From an uncultured Actinomycetota bacterium (GTDB taxonomy: Bacteria; Actinomycetota; UBA4738; HRBIN12), in contig CAWIUW010000013.1 in assembly GCA_963839395.1 (NCBI GenBank), positions 25,870 through 89,869 of the forward strand: a stretch of 64,000 nucleotides of DNA, given 5' to 3'. Shown piece after piece: positions 9,048 through 17,354 of the stretch. Position 1 is the first letter of the stretch; each line of letters starts with the position of its first letter. The notes beneath the pieces were generated by a model. It was not told where the DNA came from. It saw only the letters and a list, made by a program, of their open reading frames with translations, and searched no databases. The translations under genes and the position numbers were made by a program.

Positions 9048-10255
9048 GCCTTGACACGCTCGACCGGGTCCGTGCCGGGCGCGGGCCGCTCGAGCGCTGC
9101 ACCGGCGACCCTCGGTCGTTCCTCGCGAACGACTGGGGGAAGCGGGCGGCGGTCCGCCTCGGCGGACCGCCGCCGACGGCCTCTGCGCCCGCCGGCTTCG
9201 AGGACCTGCTCTCCCTCGACGACGTCGACAGGTTCCTCACGACGACAGCGCTCCGCACGCCGTTCTTCCGCCTCGTGAAAGCGGGCGAGCAGATCCCCGG
9301 ATCCAGCTACACGCGCTCGGGCCGCTCGGGGTCGAAAGACGTCTCGGGCATCGCCGATCCGGCCCGCGTGGCGGCGCTCTTCGAAGACGGGGCCACGATC
9401 GTGCTGCAGGGCCTGCATCGCTGGTCCGAGACGGTCGCGCGATTCTGTCGTGACCTCGAGCTCGAGCTCGGCCACCCGTGTCAGGTCAACGCGTACATCA
9501 CGCCACCGGGCGCGCAGGGATTGGATCTCCACGAGGACGCGCACGACGTCTTCGTCCTCCAGGCGTTCGGCCGCAAGCACTGGGAGGTGCACGCCGCTCC
9601 TCGCGAGGAGACCCGCGATCCGCTGCACGTCGAGGTCACATCGGGCGCGACGATCTACATGCCCGCGGGCACGCCGCACGCCGCCCGAGCGCAGGACATC
9701 TTGTCCGGCCACCTCACCGTCGGCGTCCACGTGACGCCATGGCGCGAGGTGCTGACCGGCGTCGTCGGGCGGGTGGCCGCGGAGATCGAGGAGCCCGTGG
9801 CCGCCGGATGGACCGAGGACGTCGAGGGGTTCGCCGACGACCTTCGGGGCCGGCTCGCGGCGCTCGCCTCGGCGCTCGGCGAAGTCGACGTCCTGACGGA
9901 GGCCGGCGAGCGCCGCGAGCGATTCCTCTCGAGCCGGGCGCAGCTGGCACGTGGGACGATCGCGGAGCGCGCGGCGCCGATCTCGGTGGACGATGCCACG
10001 GTCGTCGCCCGTCGCCCGGGCGCGGTCTGCGAGACGGCGACGCGGTCCGATCACCTCGTCGTGCTCCTGGGGGACAGGCGGCTCGAGATGCCGGCGTGGG
10101 TCGAGCCGGCGATGCGTCGGATCGCGGACCTGGACGAGCTCTCCGAGCTCACGGTCGGCGAGCTCGCGCCCGATCTTCTCGACCCGGCCGGCCGCGCGGT
10201 CCTGGTGCGCCGCCTGATCCGCGAGGGGTTGCTCACGATCCGTGGCGGTCCCTGA
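9044..10255 (+). CDS. Cupin-4/JmjC-type 2-oxoglutarate/Fe(II) oxygenase of the ribosomal-oxygenase (YcfD/RoxA-like) family
   Basis: 403 aa. QVNAYITPPGAQGLDLHEDAHDVFVLQAFGRKHWEVH ... ATIYMPAGTPHAARA closely resembles the YcfD HxD...H facial triad and fold. Confidence 0.7.
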   Translation: MSLDTLDRVRAGRGPLERCTGDPRSFLANDWGKRAAVRLGGPPPTASAPAGFEDLLSLDDVDRFLTTTALRTPFFRLVKAGEQIPGSSYTRSGRSGSKDVSGIADPARVAALFEDGATIVLQGLHRWSETVARFCRDLELELGHPCQVNAYITPPGAQGLDLHEDAHDVFVLQAFGRKHWEVHAAPREETRDPLHVEVTSGATIYMPAGTPHAARAQDILSGHLTVGVHVTPWREVLTGVVGRVAAEIEEPVAAGWTEDVEGFADDLRGRLAALASALGEVDVLTEAGERRERFLSSRAQLARGTIAERAAPISVDDATVVARRPGAVCETATRSDHLVVLLGDRRLEMPAWVEPAMRRIADLDELSELTVGELAPDLLDPAGRAVLVRRLIREGLLTIRGGP

Positions 10256-10260
10256 GCACC

Positions 10261-11154
10261 GTGCCCTCCGTCGGGGACCGTTGCTCGCTCCGGAGCCTGG
10301 CCGTCGAGGAACCCCTCGCCGGCACGGCCTCGACGATCCGCCATTGGCTGCTGATCGAGCATCCCGGCCCATGGGGGCGCGACGGGCTCCTCGACGCCCG
10401 GCTGCCGGCCGGGGTCGGGAGGGACCTCCGGACGCTCGAACGCAGAACCGGCGCGCGCGTCCTGCTGATCCGCAAGACGCGCAGGGCCGATGCGGTCCCC
10501 GATGGTCCGTTCATGTGTTTCGCCATCGATACGCGCGACGCGTGGATGGGCTTCCGGGAGTTCGGGCGGATCGAGGATGCGCCCGCCTTCGACCCCCGGG
10601 ACCGCGATGCCTACTTCGACCCGGAAGGTGAGCCACTTTTCGTGATCTGCACGCACGGCCGGCGCGACCCCTGCTGCGCGGAGCGTGGACGACCCCTCGC
10701 GGAAGCGGCCGCCGCCGTGGGTTGGGATACCACCTGGGAGAGCACGCACGTCGGCGGCGACCGCTTCGCCGGCAACCTCGTCGCGTTCCCCCACGGGTTG
10801 TATTTCGGCCGGGTCGAGCCCGGTGAGGTCGATGGCCTGATGCGGGCGTACGACGCGGGTCGGATCGAGCCGCTCCCCCGCTACCGGGGCCGCTCCTCCC
10901 ACCAGTTCCATGTCCAGGTGGCCGAACGATCGCTCCGGGAGCGGTTGGGGCTCGACGGCGTCGACGCCGTGACACCGCATCGGGCCGATCGTGACGGGGG
11001 TCGGGCCGAGGTCGAGTTCGCGACGGAACGTGGACCGCACCGGGTCAGGCTCGAGCGCGTGCTCGGGGCGCCGATGCGACTCACGTGTCACGCCTCGAAC
11101 GAGGAAGCTCCCCCTACCTGGCGAACGCTCGAGATCGAGCCGCTCGGCGACTGA
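10261..11154 (+). CDS. Sucrase/ferredoxin-like (Suc_Fer-like, thioredoxin-like [2Fe-2S]) family protein
   Basis: GTG start lies 6 nt after the oxygenase stop. IRHWLLIEHPGPWG ... FVICTHGRRDPCCAERGRPL ... THVGGDRFAGNLVAFPHGLYFGRV. Confidence 0.65.
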   Translation: MPSVGDRCSLRSLAVEEPLAGTASTIRHWLLIEHPGPWGRDGLLDARLPAGVGRDLRTLERRTGARVLLIRKTRRADAVPDGPFMCFAIDTRDAWMGFREFGRIEDAPAFDPRDRDAYFDPEGEPLFVICTHGRRDPCCAERGRPLAEAAAAVGWDTTWESTHVGGDRFAGNLVAFPHGLYFGRVEPGEVDGLMRAYDAGRIEPLPRYRGRSSHQFHVQVAERSLRERLGLDGVDAVTPHRADRDGGRAEVEFATERGPHRVRLERVLGAPMRLTCHASNEEAPPTWRTLEIEPLGD

Positions 11155-11158
11155 TCGG

Positions 11159-13102
11159 CTACACCACCTGCCAGCGGTCGATCGCGACGCCGTTCCCCGA
11201 GCTGGCGGCCCGGTGCGTGCCCAGCACGACGATCCGCGCGGTGTGCGATCCGTCGACCAGCCCAGCCGCCAGTGGGACGGTGGCGAACGCCTTGGTCGGG
11301 GCGTACAGATCCACGACACGTACGAGCGCACCGTCCACCCACACCTCGGCACGGCCCATCGCCGGACCACGGAGAGCGCGGAGCGAGGCCCCCGTGCCCT
11401 GGAAGCGCAGCCTCGCGAACGCGTCACGCGCGTCGCTGATCGCGAAGCTGCCGCCGCTCGCAGATGCGTTCGCGACGTTCGCCCAGGTCGCGGACGCCGA
11501 CGGGTTCCGGCGGGTCTCGCCGCCCCAACGCAGCGCATCGATGCCGACGCGCGTGCCGGACGCCGCGGGCCGCTTCGTCCCGAGCACCTCCACGGTGAGG
11601 GTGTGCGGACCGGCGCCGAGCTGCGCGAACGTACGTCGCACGCCGGTCACCGGGCGGCGCGCGTAGCCGTCGAACGTGTCCACAGGCGTTCCGTCGATCG
11701 AGATCCGGCCCCTGCCCATCCCGGGTCCCGAGACCGTGAACAGCGTCACCGTCCCACCGGAGAAGGCGTACGTCGCAGCGGCACCCGACCGTCGCTCCCA
11801 GCGGTAGGAGCCGCCGATCGCACCGGCGAGGGACACCTTGCCCCAGCCGAAGGCCGTGCCTGCGCCGTCCTGCTCGACGCTGACCACGGAGTCGAAGGTC
11901 GCAACGACCTCGATCGACGAGGTGACCGTCACCTCGCAGGCCGGAGCGATGCCTCCGCATCCGCCGCCCCAGCCGACGAAGGCCGACGCGGAATCCGCGT
12001 CGGCCGCGAGGTCCACCGTGGCGCCGACCGGGAACGACGCCGTGCACGTCGCTCCGCACTCGATCCCTGCCGGTGTCGACGAGACCGTCCCGTCCCCGGT
12101 CCCCTGCAGCTCGACGTTCACCGGATAGGTGAACACGGCGGAGACCGTCTTGGCGCCGAGGGCGGTCACGTCGCACGTCGGGGTGGAGCCAACCGCGGCG
12201 CACGCCCCCGTCCAGCGGAGGAACGAGGCGCCCGGATCGGGGGTGGCGGCGAGGGTGAGCACCGTGTCCGGGTTCGCGAGCCTGTTGCATGCGATGGCCG
12301 CGCCGCCGCACGCGATCCGGGCGCCGGTGATGACCCCGCCGGCGGCGGGCGTCACCGTGAGCGACGCGATCTTCCCGCGCAGGAGACCGGAGCCGTTGAA
12401 ACGATCGCGATCGACGTTGGTCGAGATCCCCGACACGCTTCCCGTCGAGGTCCATTGCCAGAACGTCCACCCGTGCCCGCCCCAGTTCGCGGCGGGAACG
12501 TTGGGCGATTGGACACCCCAATGCGCGATCCACAAGGGGTAGCCGTGGTCGGCGAACCACGTCGTGTCGCCGAGGTACGTCCGCCAGAAGTGCGGGCTCG
12601 CGTAGATCATCGCGCGCACGCCGGTCCGCGTGAACACGCGGGCGAGCCACGTCCGTACCCAGTCCGTCAGCTGCGGGACGGTGAGGCCGCCGTGCTCCTC
12701 GATGTCCAGGACCGGCAGCACGTCACCGGCCTCGATCTGGGCGACGTCCACGAAGTGATTCGCCTCGGCCCTCGCATCCCCTGCGGCGAGGCTGACCTTG
12801 GCACGGTGATACGCACCGACGACGAGCCCGCTTGCGGAACCTTCGGCCAGATACTCGGCGTACCTCGGATCGACGTAGTCGTGACCACGAGTCGCTCGCA
12901 TGATCGCGAACCGAGTCGGCGTCGATGCGACGGCCGCCCAGTCGACGTCGCCCTGCCACATCGAGACGTCGATCCCCGGCACCCTCGTCGGGGCGGCCAT
13001 CGCGCGAGGAGCCGGCACAACGATGAGGCTCGCCGCGACAGCGGCGAGCACACACGCGATCCCCACGAGTGCACGGCGTGCACCCACCCCCGTTGCCCGC
13101 AT
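11159..13102 (-). CDS. Secreted GH25 muramidase (lysozyme) with C-terminal Cys-containing beta-repeat domains
   Basis: Signal peptide MRATGVGARRALVGIACVLAAVAASLIVVPAPRAMA. GH25 catalytic motif GIDVSMWQGDVDWAAV ... MRATRG ... LDIE. This is followed by about 4 repeated about 80-aa modules with paired Cys (GACAAVGSTPTCDVT, CGATCTASF, GGGCGGIAPACEV). Confidence 0.75.
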   Translation of the reverse strand: MRATGVGARRALVGIACVLAAVAASLIVVPAPRAMAAPTRVPGIDVSMWQGDVDWAAVASTPTRFAIMRATRGHDYVDPRYAEYLAEGSASGLVVGAYHRAKVSLAAGDARAEANHFVDVAQIEAGDVLPVLDIEEHGGLTVPQLTDWVRTWLARVFTRTGVRAMIYASPHFWRTYLGDTTWFADHGYPLWIAHWGVQSPNVPAANWGGHGWTFWQWTSTGSVSGISTNVDRDRFNGSGLLRGKIASLTVTPAAGGVITGARIACGGAAIACNRLANPDTVLTLAATPDPGASFLRWTGACAAVGSTPTCDVTALGAKTVSAVFTYPVNVELQGTGDGTVSSTPAGIECGATCTASFPVGATVDLAADADSASAFVGWGGGCGGIAPACEVTVTSSIEVVATFDSVVSVEQDGAGTAFGWGKVSLAGAIGGSYRWERRSGAAATYAFSGGTVTLFTVSGPGMGRGRISIDGTPVDTFDGYARRPVTGVRRTFAQLGAGPHTLTVEVLGTKRPAASGTRVGIDALRWGGETRRNPSASATWANVANASASGGSFAISDARDAFARLRFQGTGASLRALRGPAMGRAEVWVDGALVRVVDLYAPTKAFATVPLAAGLVDGSHTARIVVLGTHRAASSGNGVAIDRWQVV

Positions 13103-13145
13103 CCGACCACCATACGGCCGGTGGCAACCGAGACGGCGCTAGTCT

Positions 13146-13361
13146 GTGCTGATGTTGGGCGAGGAAGACGCGGTGGTGCTCGAGGTGAAGCCGTTCGATC
13201 TCCACGGCGTGCGGTACTACGATCTCGCCGTCGGCTTCCCCGATCGCTCCGTCCAGCAGGCGAGGCTCGGCGCCGAGAGCGTGCCGGACGACCTCAAGAA
13301 GGGCGACCGGATCCTCGCGACACGGGTGGCGAACATGGTCATCTCGGTCCGCCACCCGTAG
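13146..13361 (+). CDS. Hypothetical small protein (71 aa)
   Basis: Very high GC3 in frame (MLMLGEEDAVVLEVKPFDLHGVRYYDLAVGFPDRSVQQARLGAE...). No recognised domain. Confidence 0.4.
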   Translation: MLMLGEEDAVVLEVKPFDLHGVRYYDLAVGFPDRSVQQARLGAESVPDDLKKGDRILATRVANMVISVRHP

Positions 13362-13367
13362 CGGCGA

Positions 13368-13811
13368 TCACCGCTTCAGCGTGAGTGCGGCGCCTGCCGC
13401 CACCAACAGCAGTCCGGCGGCCCTCGTGACCGTCATCGGGATGCGCGGTGAGCCCATCCACCCGAACGCGTCGATCGATGCGCCGGCCGCGAGCTGGCCG
13501 GCGATCAGCAGGGCGACGGTCGCGAACGTGCCGATCCGAGGAGGCGCGTACGCGATCGCCAGGACGATCAACGCACCGAAGAGGCCACCCAGCCACATCC
13601 ACCGCGGCTGATGGATCGACGCGACGATGGAGCCGCCGCGCCCGAACACCAGCGCGAGTGCGACGACGAGGATCGCGGCCAGCACGACACCGAACCCTGC
13701 GGCGCCGACGGTGCCCACCCGGCGACCGAGCGCTCCGGACACCGACGCTTGCGCGGCACCCGCGATGCCGGCCGCAAGGGAGAAGGCGATCGCGATCCGG
13801 GTGCCCGTCAC
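13368..13811 (-). CDS. DMT-superfamily small membrane transporter (DUF606/YdcZ-like)
   Basis: 147 aa. 4-5 TM helices, Gly/Ala-rich, typical of the DUF606 bacterial/archaeal transporter family. Confidence 0.6.
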   Translation of the reverse strand: MTGTRIAIAFSLAAGIAGAAQASVSGALGRRVGTVGAAGFGVVLAAILVVALALVFGRGGSIVASIHQPRWMWLGGLFGALIVLAIAYAPPRIGTFATVALLIAGQLAAGASIDAFGWMGSPRIPMTVTRAAGLLLVAAGAALTLKR

Positions 13812-13862
13812 GGCGGCGAGGCTACCGAACGCGCGCCTCTCCGCGCCCGATGCGCTCGTCCC

Positions 13863-14772
13863 CTAACGGGCTCTGCGTGACGTGGCCTTCCGGGCGGCCG
13901 TCGTCTTGCGCTTCCGGGTGCTCGCGGCCTTCTTGCGTGCCGGGGCCGTCTTGCGCTTGCGCGACGCCGCGGCCTTCTTCCCTGCGGCGACACGCTTCGG
14001 CGACTTCCGCGTGGTGGCCTTGCGAGCGGTCGTGCGCTTGCGGGTCGGCGGCCTTCTTGCGTGCCGGGGCCGTCTTGCGCTTCCGCGACGCCGCGGCCTT
14101 CTTCCCGGCGGCGACACGCTTGGGCGACTTCCGCGTGGTGGCCTTGCGAGCGGTCGTGCGCTTGCGGGCGGTAGTCCGCTTGCGGGTCGCGGCCTTCTTC
14201 CGTGCCGGGGCGGTCTTGCGCTTGCGCGACGCCGCGGCCTTCTTTCCTGCGGCGACACGCTTGGGCGACTTCCGCGTGGTGGCCTTGCGAGCGGTCGTGC
14301 GCTTCCGGGTGGTCGCGGCCTTCTTCCGGGCGGGGGCCGTCTTGCGCTTGCGCGACGCCGCGGCTTTCTTGCCTGCAGCCACGCGCTTCGTCGACTTCCG
14401 CGTGGTCTTCCTCCGCGTGGCCGGCCTCGTCGATGCCGTCTTCCTTGCAGCCGTTCGCTTCCTCGTCGCCGCCTTCGTGCTCGCGGCGGTCGCGGCCTTG
14501 CGCGCGACGGTCGATCGGCGCGTCCGCGTGGTTGCGGGGTCGGTGGCAGCCCCGTCCAGGGGCCCGCCCAACGGCATGGCCGTGGTTTCGGTCCTGGGCG
14601 CAGGACGGTCCCACGCGGGGGTTGCGGGCTGCCAGGACGGTTCGGGGGCGCTCGGCGCATCGAGCGCGCCGTCTTCGGTCTTCTTCATCTGCTCCGGATC
14701 TTGCGTCGACTCCTCAGTGTCGTTCCACTGCGGTCGATCCTGGTCCCAGGTGCGCTCGTCGGATGACGGCAT
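13863..14772 (-). pseudogene. Lys/Arg/Ala/Thr-rich tandem-repeat protein (histone-H1-like basic tail, acidic N-terminus), about 303 aa. It has a frame change inside the first repeat unit.
   Basis: N-terminus MPSSDERTWDQDRPQWNDTEESTQDPEQ... in frame 13822..14772. The repeats RKATTRKSPKRVAAGKKAAASRKRKTAPARKKAAT(T)RKRTTA (42 and 47 aa) continue to ...KKAASTRKRKTTAARKATSRRAR* in frame 13863..14660. The DNA repeat units are 124, 141 and 126 bp, so unit 1 is 2 bp short. Confidence 0.55.
13927..14450. repeat. Tandem direct repeat with 124/141/126-bp units, decaying beyond. It encodes the basic KAAASRKRKTAPARKKA repeats.
   Basis: GCCTTCTTGCGTGCCGGGGCCGTCTTGCGCTTGCGCGACGCCGCGGCCTTCTTCCC... recurs starting at 13927, 14051, 14192 and 14318. 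Confidence 0.85.
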
Positions 14773-14864
14773 GGAGAACCTCCTCTCCTCGAGGGTCTCC
14801 TGTCCCGTACCCCAACATCCTCGAAATGATGCGCTCGAAGCCGAACCAGGTCGTCAGAAGGGAT

Positions 14865-15918
14865 TCAGGCGTCGACCCTGGGCCACGGCCGGCCGGGAGA
14901 GACCATCGCGCTCCCGGTCGCCATCGCCACGCGCTTCCCGTCCGCGTCGTCCACGCGGCACGTCGTGACGGCGATCGTCCGTCCTCGCTGCTCCACGGTC
15001 GCGCGCGCGACGAGCTCCCGCGAATCCGGTGTCACGGGCCGGAGGAAGTTGACCTTCAGGTCGAGGGTGCCGAACGACGTCCCCGGCGGCAGCGTGGTCG
15101 TCACCGCCGTGTTGATCGCGGTGTCCGCGAACGCGGTCACCACGCCGCCGTAGAACGTGCCGAAGCCGGTGCAGAACCAGAGGGAAGCAGGCATCGCGAG
15201 CGTGACGCTGCCCTCCGCGACGTCGACGAAGCGGAGGCCGAGCAGCGAGCAGTTCGGTGCGGGAGGCCGCTCGCCTTTGTGCCCAGAGCTGCACGAGGTC
15301 CAGCCCGCTCGTCTCGTCCCAGACGGCCTGCGGGAGGACCTCTCCCTCCGCCGGACGCAGGTACGGATCGGGCGTGTCGAACGACTTCGACTCGACCGGC
15401 GGGAACTCCTCGGGTGGGTCGGGCGGATCGAACGGGAGCGGCTGCAGCACGCACCTCGACGTGGCGTGCGCGAGGAGGACACCTCGAGCATCCTCGACGC
15501 GAGCTTCCGACAGCCCCTGACGCCGTCCCGCGTGGATCACCGAGCCACGCGCGATCAAGCGCTCGCTCGCTGGCGACGCGGGTTCGAGGAAGTTGATGGA
15601 CAGGTCCGAGGACAGGAGTCCGATGCCCTTCGGAAGCGTGGTGAAGACCGCGCCGGCGAGCGCGGCGTCCGCGACGAAGCCGAGCGTCCCTCCCGCGAAC
15701 ACACCGGCGGCCGTCTGCCACCACGAGCTCGCGGGGATCGACCAGGTGGAGACACCGGTCCCGGCCTCGTCCACGACCAGACCGCTCAGGTGCGTGAGCG
15801 GCGGCGCCGGCAGCTTCTTCTCGATGAAGAGCCGAAGCTGATCGACGCCCGGCATCCCGAACAGCCCGGGCTGCTCGAGATACGCGAAGGACCCCCGGAC
15901 CGGCTCGTGGACGATCAC
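14865..15918 (-). pseudogene. Tandem double hot-dog PaaI-family thioesterase, with an apparent frameshift between the two hot-dog domains (about 15280)
   Basis: N-terminal domain in frame 14854..16044 (GVSTWSIPASSWWQTAAGVFAGGTLGFVADAALAGAV...). C-terminal domain in frame 14865..15491 (LLGLRFVDVAEGSVTLAMPASLWFCTGFGTFYGGVVTAFADTAI...). GTG start at 15916-15918 (VIVHEP...). Confidence 0.6.
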
Positions 15919-15946
15919 GAGGCGAGGATATCGGCCCTCCGGTCGT

Positions 15947-17200
15947 CTATCGTCCGCGCCTCGCGGGGCGCGGACGCGATCGTGGCTGCGGCCGGCGAAC
16001 GTCGCTGCGGGGCTTGGGCGCGTCGGCGCGCAGCCCCGCGTCACCGAACTCGGCGTGCAGTTTCAGGACCTTGGCGATCCTTCCGACGTCACGTGTCTTC
16101 TCCGGCGTCACGAACGTGATCCCCGTGCCGCTCCGGCCGGCGCGAGCCGTGCGGCCCACTCGGTGCAGGTAGTCCTTCTCGTCGGCTGGCGGGTCGAAGT
16201 TGATCACGTGGGTGATGTGTTCCAGGTCGAGCCCGCGCGCGGCGACGTCGGTCGCCACCAGCACGTCGTTGGCGCCCGCGGCGAATCGCCCGAGCGCGCG
16301 CTCCCGTGCCGACTGCGTCATCCCGCCGTGCAACGCACCTGCGTGGAAGCCCTCGGCCTTCAGGGTCCTCGCCAGCCGATCGACACCTCGCTTGGTTCGA
16401 ACGAACACCAGCGTCAGCCCGCGGTCGGCGGCGAGCTCGCGCACCAGGGCTCGAGACCGTCCGGCCTGGTCAACCGCGACGAATCGATGAAGCGCCTCGG
16501 TCACGAGCGGGCCGTCCTCGCCGGCCACCTCGTGGCGAACGGGGTTCTGGATGAAGCGCGCCGCGAGCCGGCCGACCTCGCCGTCGAGCGTCGCGGAGAA
16601 CAACATGGTCTGCCGCTCGGGTCGCAGCATCTGGAGGATGCGGGTGACGTCGGGCAGGAAGCCCATGTCGAGCATCCTGTCCGCTTCGTCCAGCACGCAG
16701 ATGCGCACCCGGTCGAGGCGGAGCATCTTGCGCTGCACGAGGTCGATCAAACGGCCGGGCGTGGCGATCACGATGTCGGCATGGCGGGCCCGCTTCGCTT
16801 GCGGTCCGAGCCCGACGCCACCGTAGACGGCGGCGATCCGCAGACGCTTCACGTCGGCGATCACGCGGAACTCCTCGGTGACCTGGCTCGCGAGCTCCCG
16901 GGTCGGCGTCAGGATGAGCGCATTCGGGCTCCCGCCGCCGGGCGTCAGCCGCTCGACGATGGGCACCGCGAACGCGAGGGTCTTCCCGGAGCCCGTGCGC
17001 GAGCGCGCGAGCACGTCTCGGCCCGCGAGCGCGTCCCGAAGGACGAGGGACTGGATCGGGAACGGTTCGCGGATCCCGCGCATCCGAAGGGCTTCCACGA
17101 CCGGGCGTGAGACGCCCAGCGCTTCGAAGGTCGGCGTTCGGGTCGGTTCGGAACGGGCGGGCACGACGGCATCGCGCCGTGCATCGACTACTTGTGACAT
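15947..17200 (-). CDS. DEAD-box ATP-dependent RNA helicase with a basic C-terminal tail
   Basis: Q-motif FPIQS. Motif I TGSGKT, PTRELA, DEAD (VLDEADRML), SAT, and HRVGRTARAG (motif VI). ATG at 17198-17200 with GAGAGGAAG SD. Confidence 0.85.
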   Translation of the reverse strand: MSQVVDARRDAVVPARSEPTRTPTFEALGVSRPVVEALRMRGIREPFPIQSLVLRDALAGRDVLARSRTGSGKTLAFAVPIVERLTPGGGSPNALILTPTRELASQVTEEFRVIADVKRLRIAAVYGGVGLGPQAKRARHADIVIATPGRLIDLVQRKMLRLDRVRICVLDEADRMLDMGFLPDVTRILQMLRPERQTMLFSATLDGEVGRLAARFIQNPVRHEVAGEDGPLVTEALHRFVAVDQAGRSRALVRELAADRGLTLVFVRTKRGVDRLARTLKAEGFHAGALHGGMTQSARERALGRFAAGANDVLVATDVAARGLDLEHITHVINFDPPADEKDYLHRVGRTARAGRSGTGITFVTPEKTRDVGRIAKVLKLHAEFGDAGLRADAPKPRSDVRRPQPRSRPRPARRGR

Positions 17201-17354
17201 GACTACTTCCTCTCGGAATGTGTGGGGACGATCGACTGCTCCGAGAAGAAGGAGGGGAGGCGACTTCACCACGTGGACGTCGACGCGAGTTCGCGTCGAC
17301 GCGTGACTGTCACAGTGTACGCGATATCTGAGCCCGTTCGAGTAGCGAGGCGGT

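Noticed and set aside
10991-13384. 797-aa plus-strand ORF
   Set aside because: It is antisense to the well-supported GH25 muramidase. Arg/Asp/Gly-rich with no domain signature.
13448-14968. 506-aa plus ORF and 294-aa plus ORF (13882..14766) across the basic-repeat gene
   Set aside because: They are opposite-strand readings of the 126-bp tandem repeats (AFFRAGAVLRLRDAAAFFPAATR...). The minus-strand K/R-rich protein has an SD-less but clear acidic N-domain and a coherent repeat structure.
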